This document shows, in pieces, positions 18,067 through 26,275 of a stretch of 27,985 nucleotides of DNA. The DNA comes from a virus (lineage: Duplodnaviria > Caudoviricetes). The position numbers and the translations under genes are program-made. The first letter of the stretch is position 1. Every line of letters starts with the position of its first letter. The DNA is taken from positions 1 to 27,985 of IMG/VR virus record IMGVR_UViG_3300027686_000027; one strand, 5' to 3'. Below the pieces are notes generated by a model. That model made no database searches. It saw only the letters and a list, made by a program, of their open reading frames with translations, and was not told the origin of the DNA.

Positions 18067-19101
18067 ATGCAATACAACGACATACTAAATAATTTAAAAG
18101 AAACACCACCTCGAGAATTAAACGATCATATTTTAATTGTAGATGCTATGAATATGTTAATTCGTAGTTTTTCACTTCTAAAAGCTATGAACCCATCAGG
18201 CGCCCATGTAGGAGGCCTGGTAGGGTTTATGCGATCTTTAGCATATACTACCCGAATATTTGATCCAACTAGAGTAGTTGTAGTATGGGACGGAAAAGGT
18301 GGGTCAGCAAACCGGCAGAATATAGATTCAAACTATAAAGCACAGAGAGCAAATTCAAGAATAACACATTGGGGGCTCTATGATACCAAAGAAGAAGAAA
18401 CAAAAGCACTAATAGGGCAGTTGATGAGAACTCAAGACTACCTAGATTGCTTACCTCTTCATCAAATGGTACTGGATAAGTTAGAAGCAGATGATATAAT
18501 TGCGTACATAGCTAAACAAGCTCAAACCTCTAAAGTTAAGAAATGCACAATAATATCCTCGGATAAAGATTTCTTACAGTTAGTAGATAAGACAGTTGAA
18601 GTCTATGCACCAGTAAAGAAGAAAACCTTTACAGCAGATAACATCGCAGCAGAACTTCAAGTTATACCTGAAAACTATAATGCAGTAAAAGCACTATTAG
18701 GAGATAACTCAGACAATCTTGCTGGAGTAAAAGGATTAGGTATTAAGACTATTTTAAAAGAGTTTCCTAAGTTAGTAGATCAACCAGGAACAACTTTAGA
18801 TTATGTTTATAAAGTTTGCGAAGAAAGAATGGATGAAAAAAAGATCTTCCCTAAAATTATCACTGAATGGGATAAGGTAGAAACTAACTTTCAATTAATG
18901 AATCTTCATACGACTGTGTTGGATGAGAAAGAAAAAGTTCATATATTAGATACAATGAAGAGTAAGATACCTACTCTACAAACCGGAGCATTTTTACATA
19001 TGTTAGAAACCGACGGTATAGAAGGTATAACAAAAAATACTGAAACTTGGTTAGAGAACTTCAGAGGGTTAACAACGGTTATAGGAAATGAAAATAGATA
19101 A
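18067..19101 (+). CDS. 5'-3' exonuclease / flap endonuclease (T4 RNase H-like)
   Basis: LIVDAMN, VWDGKGGS..R...YKAQR, EADDIIA, SSDKDFLQL and GDNSDNLAGVKGLGIKT (H3TH) motifs. Confidence 0.92.
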   Translation: MQYNDILNNLKETPPRELNDHILIVDAMNMLIRSFSLLKAMNPSGAHVGGLVGFMRSLAYTTRIFDPTRVVVVWDGKGGSANRQNIDSNYKAQRANSRITHWGLYDTKEEETKALIGQLMRTQDYLDCLPLHQMVLDKLEADDIIAYIAKQAQTSKVKKCTIISSDKDFLQLVDKTVEVYAPVKKKTFTADNIAAELQVIPENYNAVKALLGDNSDNLAGVKGLGIKTILKEFPKLVDQPGTTLDYVYKVCEERMDEKKIFPKIITEWDKVETNFQLMNLHTTVLDEKEKVHILDTMKSKIPTLQTGAFLHMLETDGIEGITKNTETWLENFRGLTTVIGNENR

Positions 19102-19447
19102 GATATTATTAGGAGCAATATTATTTTTAGCGGGTCAAACATTAGCATGGTATCAAACAAACGGACAGTTTATTTCTCCATGGGTTAAAAAACATCCTAT
19201 ACTAATGTCTGCTATTGTAGGACTACCAATCGGGTTAGCTTACATTTATGGTACCACCTATATTGTAGAAGCATCAAACGGTTTAGTATGGTCAGCTAGA
19301 ATAATTGGCTTTGTAACAGGTATACTTTCCTTTACATTTTTAACTTACTGGCATATGGACCAAGGTGTAAATTTAAAAACTGCAGTAATTTTAGGGTTAA
19401 TAACCCTGGTAGTAATATTACAGGTAGTTTGGAAAGATGAAGAATAG
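19088..19447 (+). CDS. Small integral membrane protein, about 4 TM helices (SMR/DMT-like size)
   Basis: 119 aa with four hydrophobic stretches; overlaps both neighbours. Confidence 0.75.
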   Translation: MKIDKILLGAILFLAGQTLAWYQTNGQFISPWVKKHPILMSAIVGLPIGLAYIYGTTYIVEASNGLVWSARIIGFVTGILSFTFLTYWHMDQGVNLKTAVILGLITLVVILQVVWKDEE

Positions 19448-19865
19448 TATGAAAAAAGGAGTAATAGCTGGAAATTTTGACGTAATGCATCCTGGGTATA
19501 TAGCGATGTTTAAAGAAGCAAAAGAGAATTGTGACTGTCTTATTGTACTATTGCATTCAAATCCTGCAATAGAAAGACCCCATAAGCTCAAACCTATTTT
19601 AAGTTTAGAAGATAGAAGAGAAATGTTAATGTCTTTGCGTCAAGTTGATGATGTATTTAGTTATACTTATGAAGAAACTTTATATGATCTATTAAAAATA
19701 GGTGAATTTAATGTTAGGTTTTTAGGAGATGATTACATAGATAAGCCATTTACCGGAGACTGTTTAAAGATACCTATTCATTACTTAAACAGAGACCACG
19801 GGTGGTCAACAACTAAATTTAAAAAACTAATATCAGAGAGTTATGAAAAAAGCAATAATAGTTAG
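19437..19865 (+). CDS. Cytidylyltransferase-like nucleotidyltransferase 1 (TagD/RfaE-II family)
   Basis: GNFDVMHPGY (HxGH-like), KP, GDDY and RDHGWSTT; probable start at ATG 19449. Confidence 0.85.
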   Translation: MKNSMKKGVIAGNFDVMHPGYIAMFKEAKENCDCLIVLLHSNPAIERPHKLKPILSLEDRREMLMSLRQVDDVFSYTYEETLYDLLKIGEFNVRFLGDDYIDKPFTGDCLKIPIHYLNRDHGWSTTKFKKLISESYEKSNNS

Positions 19866-20262
19866 CGGATACTTTAACCCCTTACATAAAGGACATTTAG
19901 ATTTATTTAAACAGGCAAAAGAAGCAGGTGATATTCTTATAGTAATCGTAAATAACGATGTACAGAGAGAAATTAAAGGTTCTAAGTTTTTTCAAGACGA
20001 AGATGAAAGAACATCAATTATCAGAGCATTATCCTTAGTTGATATGGCTTGGATATCAATTGACGAAGACTCAACACAAAATGCTACATTACGGTTAATG
20101 GTTGAAAAGTTCTACGGCTCTATGAAACTTGCTTTTGCAAATGGAGGAGATCAAAATAATAACACCATTCCAGAAAGAGAAATATGTGAGCAATTCGATA
20201 TAGAATTAATTGACGGATTAGGAAATAAAATACAATCAAGCAGTTGGTTGTTAGAAAAATAA
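19843..20262 (+). CDS. Cytidylyltransferase-like nucleotidyltransferase 2
   Basis: SGYFNPLHKGH, VIVNND, FANGGD and KIQSSSW motifs. Confidence 0.88.
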   Translation: MKKAIIVSGYFNPLHKGHLDLFKQAKEAGDILIVIVNNDVQREIKGSKFFQDEDERTSIIRALSLVDMAWISIDEDSTQNATLRLMVEKFYGSMKLAFANGGDQNNNTIPEREICEQFDIELIDGLGNKIQSSSWLLEK

Positions 20263-20273
20263 ACACTATATTA
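20244..20273 (+). promoter_or_regulatory. Host-RNAP-type promoter for the helicase
   Basis: TTG 20244-20246, 20-nt spacer, TATATTA 20267-20273. Confidence 0.65.
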
Positions 20274-20306
20274 AGAGTATATAAATTAACAAATAAAAGG
20301 TTATAG

Positions 20307-21644
20307 ATGACATTAAAAAGACTACAGGAGTATGGAAAAGGATTCCAATTAAAAGTATTAGGATCTTTACTAACAGACAAGACCTTCCTATTAAACGTTA
20401 GAGACGTTTTGCATGATAGTTATTTTGATGCAGATTCACATAAGTGGATTATAAATGAAATCACAGGATATTTTGATACGTACCATACTGTCGTTACTAT
20501 GGATGTTCTTAAAGTAGAACTACAAAAATTAGATAACGAAGTATTAAAGGTAGCTTTAAAAGAAGAGTTACGTAATTCCTATAATGCATCTAAGGATGAT
20601 ATGGAGTACGTACAAGAAGAGTTTTCTACCTTCTGTAAAAATCAAGAAATGAAACAAGCTATACTAGCTTCAGCAGATCTGTTAAAAGAAGGAGACTTCG
20701 ATGGCATTAGAACTAATGTAGAACAGGCTATGAAAGCCGGTATGGATAAAAATATTGGACATGAATATAACAAAGATATTGAAACCCGTTACAGAACTGA
20801 CTACCGTCCTACTGTTCCTACTCCTTGGCCTATCTTCAATGATGGTATACAGGGAGGATTTGGGCCTGGGGACCTTGCTATTGTATTTGGTAATCCAGGA
20901 GGTGGCAAAAGCTGGACTATGGTTGCTATTGCTGCTCATGCTGTTAAAATGGGGTATAATGTCAACTATTACACTCTGGAACTTGGAGAAGACTACGTGG
21001 GTAAACGCTTTGACTGTTATTTTACAGGGTACTCTATTGATGAAGTTAATGATCATCGTGATGAGGTGCAAAAAGTGGTTGAAGGTTTAAAAGGTAAATT
21101 AATTGTTAAAGAGTATGCTCCTAAAGGAGCTACTGTTAGCACTATTAAATCTCACGTTCAGAAGTGTGCTGATATGGACCATAAACCTGATATGATTATT
21201 ATAGATTATGTAGATTATTTAAGAGGTCCAAGTAGAGGAAAAGGATTCGAAAGAAAAGATGAAATTGACGACGTATTTATTGCTACGAAAGGATTAGCCA
21301 AAGAACTTAAAATTCCTATATTAACGCCTTCACAGGTTAATAGAATGGGAGCAAAAGATTCTGTAATAGAAGGAGATAAAGCTGCTGGATCATACGATAA
21401 GATGATGGTAGCCGATGTATGTATCTCTTTATCCAGACAAAAAGAAGATAAGGTATTAGGGACTGGAAGAGTTCACGTTATGAAAAATAGGTACGGCCAA
21501 GATGGTATGACTTATAATATAAAAATGGATACAAACAATGGGCATATTGAATTTGACGGCATCAGAGACGGTTCAGAAGACGAGTCTAACGGCCCTAGGT
21601 TTAATTTAGATAGAGATACGTTAAATAAGTTAGTAGGAGTGTAA
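20307..21644 (+). CDS. dnaB: Replicative DNA helicase (DnaB / T4 gp41-like)
   Basis: GNPGGGKS Walker A, YTLEL, IIIDYVDYL, PSQVNR and KNRYG SF4 motifs. Confidence 0.92.
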   Translation: MTLKRLQEYGKGFQLKVLGSLLTDKTFLLNVRDVLHDSYFDADSHKWIINEITGYFDTYHTVVTMDVLKVELQKLDNEVLKVALKEELRNSYNASKDDMEYVQEEFSTFCKNQEMKQAILASADLLKEGDFDGIRTNVEQAMKAGMDKNIGHEYNKDIETRYRTDYRPTVPTPWPIFNDGIQGGFGPGDLAIVFGNPGGGKSWTMVAIAAHAVKMGYNVNYYTLELGEDYVGKRFDCYFTGYSIDEVNDHRDEVQKVVEGLKGKLIVKEYAPKGATVSTIKSHVQKCADMDHKPDMIIIDYVDYLRGPSRGKGFERKDEIDDVFIATKGLAKELKIPILTPSQVNRMGAKDSVIEGDKAAGSYDKMMVADVCISLSRQKEDKVLGTGRVHVMKNRYGQDGMTYNIKMDTNNGHIEFDGIRDGSEDESNGPRFNLDRDTLNKLVGV

Positions 21645-21697
21645 AAAAATATAAAAAAAAGCGGACGAAACATGAATATATATTGTATTTATTACTA

Positions 21698-21731
21698 GTC
21701 CCCTTGTACCTCTGCATAGGGGACATTTTTA
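21698..21731 (+). terminator. Stem-loop with U-rich tail between helicase and nrdB
   Basis: GTCCCCT-TGTA-CCTC-TGCA-T-AGGGGAC followed by ATTTTTA. Confidence 0.65.
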
Positions 21732-21761
21732 TCTAACATAATCAAAAATATATAAAGATAT

Positions 21762-22736
21762 ATGAGTTTATTAAATGAAAGAATAGTTTATAAGCCGTTT
21801 GAATACCCACAAGCAGCTGACTACTGGTTAAAACAGCACCAAGCACACTGGTTACATACAGAAGTTCCAATGGCACAGGATGTAACGGATTGGAATTCTA
21901 ATATGAAAGACCATGAGAAGAACTTAATAGGCGGAATACTTAAAGGATTCGCTCAAACCGAAACAGTAGTAAATGACTACTGGACTAGCTTAGTAACCTC
22001 ATGGTTTAGAAAACCAGAAGTAATTGCAATGGCAACAACCTTCGGAGCATTTGAAACTATTCATGCTGAAGCCTACTCTCTACTTAATGAGCAATTAGGA
22101 TTAGATAACTTTGCTGAATTTTTGGAAGATGAAGCTACTATGAATAAGATAGAAGCATTAATGGAAGTTCGTGACTCTCATGATAAACCAGACTGGCATA
22201 AAAGAGCCGTCTCTCTCGCTATTTTTTCTGCATTTACAGAAGGTGTTAACTTATTTAGTTCTTTTGCAGTGTTACTTTCATTTAAAATGAGAAACAAACT
22301 AAAAGGCATTGGACAAATAGTAGAATGGTCTGTAAGAGATGAATCACTACATTCAGAAGCCGGATGTTGGTTATTTAGAACATTAATGAAAGAACATCCT
22401 GAATTTAAAACTCCTCAGCTAGAAGCAGACATTAGAGAAGCAGCTACCGCAGCTATTACATTAGAGTTTGGATTTATAGAAAAGGTTTTTGAAATGGGAG
22501 ATTTAGAAAACTTAACTAAAGATGAACTTAAAAACTTTATTAAACATAGAGTTAATACTAAAATGGGAGATTTAGGTCTTAAACCATTAATACCATCTTC
22601 AGAGATAGATAAAGGAGCTTTAAAAACTATGAAATGGTTTGACGCAGTAATAGCAGGAAAACAACAAACAGATTTCTTCGCAAACAGAGTAACAAACTAC
22701 AGTAAAGGTCACTTAGACTGGTCAACAGCATTTTAA
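21762..22736 (+). CDS. nrdB: Class I ribonucleotide reductase beta subunit
   Basis: YKPFEYP, W...EV.M..D..DW, ETIHAEAY (ExxH plus radical Tyr), EGVNLFSSF, RDESLH and DFFANRVTNYSK. Confidence 0.95.
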   Translation: MSLLNERIVYKPFEYPQAADYWLKQHQAHWLHTEVPMAQDVTDWNSNMKDHEKNLIGGILKGFAQTETVVNDYWTSLVTSWFRKPEVIAMATTFGAFETIHAEAYSLLNEQLGLDNFAEFLEDEATMNKIEALMEVRDSHDKPDWHKRAVSLAIFSAFTEGVNLFSSFAVLLSFKMRNKLKGIGQIVEWSVRDESLHSEAGCWLFRTLMKEHPEFKTPQLEADIREAATAAITLEFGFIEKVFEMGDLENLTKDELKNFIKHRVNTKMGDLGLKPLIPSSEIDKGALKTMKWFDAVIAGKQQTDFFANRVTNYSKGHLDWSTAF

Positions 22737-22745
22737 AATAAACAT

Positions 22746-24461
22746 ATGAGCATAGTAGTAGATACTTCCCTATGGGAAAAAGGGAAAGATTATCCTGAAT
22801 GGATGAACGAAGTTTCAATTGCAACAATTTCAAAAGGTTATTTATTACCGGATGAAACCCCTAAAAAAGCATATAAAAGAGTTGCTGATACAGTAGCTAA
22901 AAGATTAGACCGACCTGATTTAGCAGCAAAGTTTTTCCGCTATATGTGGAAAGGTTGGTTGAACTTGGCTTCTCCGGTGCTTTCAAATACTGGCACAGAC
23001 AAGGGGCTACCCATCTCTTGTTTCGGTATTGATACGCCGGATTCTATTAGAGGAATCGGTCTTACTAACGCAGAGTTAATGAGACTGACCTCTCTTGGGG
23101 GTGGAGTAGGTATTGGACTTTCAAAAGTAAGAGGAAGAGGAGAAAAAATAGGCAAAGAGGGATTAGGTCAATCTGAAGGAATTATTCCATGGGCTAAAAT
23201 ATATGACTCTACTATTATTGCAACTAATCAAGGAGCAGTACGTAGAGGAGCAGCATCAGTAAACCTAGACATAAACCATCCAGATATTAAGGAGTTTATG
23301 CAAATTAGACGACCAAAAGGAGACCCTAACAGACAGTGTCTAAACTTACATCAATGTGTTGTAGTGGATGATACCTTTATGGAGAAGTTAGAGCGTAGAG
23401 ACCCTAGTGCAATGGAATTATGGGTTGAAATACTTAAATCTAGAATGGAGACTGGTGAACCTTATTTAATGTTTAAAGATAATGTTAATAACGCTAATCC
23501 ACCTGCATATGTCCGTAACAACTTAGAGGTTACAATGACTAATATATGCTCAGAAATTACATTATTTACAGATGAGGAGCATTCTTTTATATGTTGCCTA
23601 TCATCAGTTAATTTATCAAAGTACCATGAGTGGAAAAACTCAGACTTAATAGAAACCTCAATTTACTTTTTAGATGGTGTCTTAGAAGAGTTTTTGGCTA
23701 AGACTTCTGGAAGAGAATCATTAGCTAGAGCAGCACGTTCAGCTAAAAAAGGAAGAGCAATAGGGTTAGGAGTATTAGGATGGCATACATTTTTACAGAA
23801 CGAAGGAATTCCATTTAATTCTATTGCAGCAACATCATATACTCATCAGATCTTTTCTGATATGAGATCAAAAGCCGAAGCAGCATCTAGAAAATTAGCT
23901 GATGAATACGGGGAACCAGTTTGGTGTAGAGGTACTGGAATGAGGAATAGTCACTTACTAGCTATTGCACCAACAGTATCTAACTCAACTATCTCAGGAG
24001 GAGTATCAGCAGGAATAGAGCCAGTACCCGCAAACGTATATACTTTTAATTCAGCCAAAGGAACATTCATTAGAAAAAACCCTGCTTTAGTAGATTTTTT
24101 AGAGAAGAAAGGTCATAATACTGAAGAAGTTTGGGATACTATTATGAAAGATAGAGGATCAGTAGCAAACTTACCGGATGATATCTTATCAATGAACGAT
24201 AAAGAGGTGTTTTTAACATTTGCTGAAATTAACCAACTTTCTCTAGTTGAACAAGCAGCAGTAAGGCAGAAGTATATCGATCAAACACAGTCGTTAAATT
24301 TAGCTTTTGATCCTACAGATAGTCCAAGGTTTATTAATCTAGTTCACCAACAAGCTTGGAAATTAGGAATTAAGACGTTGTATTATCTCCGTACCGATTC
24401 GGTTATTAATGGAGATATTGGGAGTAGAACAAGCGAAGACTGTTTAAGCTGTGACGGATAA
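22746..24461 (+). CDS. nrdA: Class I ribonucleotide reductase alpha subunit, no ATP cone
   Basis: SPVLSN, ISCF, GGGVG, NICSEI (NxCxE), CCLSS, IAPT, KTLYYLR and C-terminal CLSC; only 571 aa. Confidence 0.95.
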   Translation: MSIVVDTSLWEKGKDYPEWMNEVSIATISKGYLLPDETPKKAYKRVADTVAKRLDRPDLAAKFFRYMWKGWLNLASPVLSNTGTDKGLPISCFGIDTPDSIRGIGLTNAELMRLTSLGGGVGIGLSKVRGRGEKIGKEGLGQSEGIIPWAKIYDSTIIATNQGAVRRGAASVNLDINHPDIKEFMQIRRPKGDPNRQCLNLHQCVVVDDTFMEKLERRDPSAMELWVEILKSRMETGEPYLMFKDNVNNANPPAYVRNNLEVTMTNICSEITLFTDEEHSFICCLSSVNLSKYHEWKNSDLIETSIYFLDGVLEEFLAKTSGRESLARAARSAKKGRAIGLGVLGWHTFLQNEGIPFNSIAATSYTHQIFSDMRSKAEAASRKLADEYGEPVWCRGTGMRNSHLLAIAPTVSNSTISGGVSAGIEPVPANVYTFNSAKGTFIRKNPALVDFLEKKGHNTEEVWDTIMKDRGSVANLPDDILSMNDKEVFLTFAEINQLSLVEQAAVRQKYIDQTQSLNLAFDPTDSPRFINLVHQQAWKLGIKTLYYLRTDSVINGDIGSRTSEDCLSCDG

Positions 24462-24471
24462 GAAACAAAGC

Positions 24472-24479
24472 TATTTATA
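24472..24479 (+). promoter_or_regulatory. Putative late promoter TATTTATA
   Basis: Exact octamer 3 nt before the ATG at 24483. Confidence 0.6.
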
Positions 24480-24482
24480 TAT

Positions 24483-26075
24483 ATGTCAAAGACAATACGA
24501 ATAAAGGCTAATACAGCTGGTGGGGATATAGCTACAGTAAACCTGTACCATACCGCTATACTACCAGCTAATTTATTAGCTACAAATGTTACAGTAGGTA
24601 CCTTAACAGGTTCCGGAGTTTTAGTCACTGTAAATGATGATGTAACCACATTCTTAACACAAGTTACAGATGCTGGTTTATGTAATGCAGAAACTTCTAG
24701 TATAACAAGTAATTATTTTGAACCTAATAAGAGATATTTTCAGGTAATAAATTCAGGATCAGTAGGAAACACAGTACAAATTACTTACCCAACAGCAACT
24801 GATCCAACAACAAGCTCAGTCTCTCAAACTGTTGATTTTCAAAATTACGCTTCTTTTGTAATTCGAGGAGATTTTTCATACCCGGATTATACTTCCTTTC
24901 AAGGGTGGTTTGATGCAGAACATGCAGGAACTTTAATTAGTACAAATAACCCTTTAACAGTAACTAGAGATACATTTACTCAAGGTGATAAATTTTACGC
25001 AAGGTTTATAGGATCAACACCACCTGTAGCAACGTTTACAGCTTCAGCATCACCGACAACGATTGATGAAGGAGCCGATATTGCATTTACCCTGACTACT
25101 ACTGAATTAACAAACGGAACATCTGTACCATATACCATGACCGGTATAACAGCAGAAGACATTTCAGTCGATTTAATAACAGGTAGTTTTGTAATTAATG
25201 ATAATACAAGCACATTTTCAGTTACTACAACAGAAGACTTATTAACAGAAGGAACAGAAACCTTACTTTTAAGTTTAGATAATACTTCTGGATCAGTATC
25301 AGTTCAAGTAATTGATACTAGTACAACTCCTGTACCTACTTATAGTTTATCTGCAACATCCCCCGTAGATGAAGGATCATTAGTAAGATTTACACTAACA
25401 ACTGCTAATGTGCCCGACAATACTGTAGTGCCTTTTAATATAACCGGTATAACAGCAGACGATCTTGTAGAAAATACAGTAACAGGTAATTTCACAGTAC
25501 AATCAAATACTGCATTAGTAGAGTTTACAATAGTAGCTGATAAAAAGACAGAAGGTGAAGAAGTGTTTGCATTAAACCTAAATAATGGACTAGCATATCA
25601 ACACGTTTTCGTTACTGATAGTAGTATATTAATAGGAGACGTAGTAATAAACTCTGGAGACCTGACAGTATCCTCAACTTCTCTTGCAGCAAGCGGCGTA
25701 TTAACAGCTACAATGACAATTAATTATACAGTATCAGTAGCACCAATCGTCCTAGGATCACCACGTGCATGGGTAGGAGGAAACGTAAAATGTGCATCAG
25801 GAACTAATCACACCTCTAATTATTATGGATTTTCACCACAGGAAAAACAGTTTTCAGCTATAGGTAGTCAATCAATTGGAACATATACGTATACTTCAAC
25901 AATCAGTTGGACATATAATGGTACTTGTGCTTCACATACATCATCTCCACTTACTGGAGGAGGAGCAATTCAAAATGCATACTGTCAAACTGTTAATCTA
26001 GGATCAGGTCCAGCATCATGGAACCATAACGGAACTAATTTTACAAACACCACCCACGCATTAACTTTACTATAA
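24483..26075 (+). CDS. Thr/Ser-rich beta protein with two Calx-beta/Ig-like repeats; probable virion decoration or adhesion protein
   Basis: Two ~100-aa units sharing DEG...FTLTT......VP...TGITA.D.....TG.F........F....D..TEG.E; preceded by the late motif. Confidence 0.7.
   Translation: MSKTIRIKANTAGGDIATVNLYHTAILPANLLATNVTVGTLTGSGVLVTVNDDVTTFLTQVTDAGLCNAETSSITSNYFEPNKRYFQVINSGSVGNTVQITYPTATDPTTSSVSQTVDFQNYASFVIRGDFSYPDYTSFQGWFDAEHAGTLISTNNPLTVTRDTFTQGDKFYARFIGSTPPVATFTASASPTTIDEGADIAFTLTTTELTNGTSVPYTMTGITAEDISVDLITGSFVINDNTSTFSVTTTEDLLTEGTETLLLSLDNTSGSVSVQVIDTSTTPVPTYSLSATSPVDEGSLVRFTLTTANVPDNTVVPFNITGITADDLVENTVTGNFTVQSNTALVEFTIVADKKTEGEEVFALNLNNGLAYQHVFVTDSSILIGDVVINSGDLTVSSTSLAASGVLTATMTINYTVSVAPIVLGSPRAWVGGNVKCASGTNHTSNYYGFSPQEKQFSAIGSQSIGTYTYTSTISWTYNGTCASHTSSPLTGGGAIQNAYCQTVNLGSGPASWNHNGTNFTNTTHALTLL
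25020..25625 (+). repeat. Tandem duplication of a ~100-aa Ig-like domain
   Basis: Unit 1 about 25020-25322, unit 2 about 25323-25625; shared DNA such as ACCGGTATAACAGCAGA. Confidence 0.8.
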
Positions 26076-26080
26076 AAAGC

Positions 26081-26110
26081 TTGTTTTTATGCTAATTAGT
26101 TCTTATATTG
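26081..26110 (+). promoter_or_regulatory. Host-RNAP-type promoter for the trx-queC operon
   Basis: TTG 26081-26083, 20-nt spacer, TATATTG 26104-26110. Confidence 0.7.
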
Positions 26111-26136
26111 TAGTATATAAAACATAATAAAGATAT

Positions 26137-26274
26137 ATGGCATCAACAAAGCAGAGAATCCAACAGTTAAAAGAATGGTTAGAGGTAAGAAAGCAATCAG
26201 GAGGAAGTTCCCAATCAAATAGAACTACTGCTAAGTTCTCAAAAGCAGACACTTATAATAAACAGAGAAGATAA
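26137..26274 (+). CDS. Small basic protein (45 aa), absent from the ORF track
   Basis: MASTKQRIQQLKEWLEVRKQSGGSSQSNRTTAKFSKADTYNKQRR; follows a promoter and A-rich leader, stops 1 nt before the thioredoxin ATG. Confidence 0.7.
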   Translation: MASTKQRIQQLKEWLEVRKQSGGSSQSNRTTAKFSKADTYNKQRR

Positions 26275-26275
26275 G

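Noticed and set aside
21643-21660. Poly-A runs here and poly-T at 2815-2823 as phase-variation tracts
   Set aside because: Intergenic homopolymers are expected in an AT-rich genome, and length variation cannot be seen from a single sequence.
12372-24461. Introns, inteins or homing endonucleases in polymerase, recA, helicase or nrd genes
   Set aside because: All are uninterrupted and of normal or reduced length, with no intein or LAGLIDADG/HNH motifs seen.
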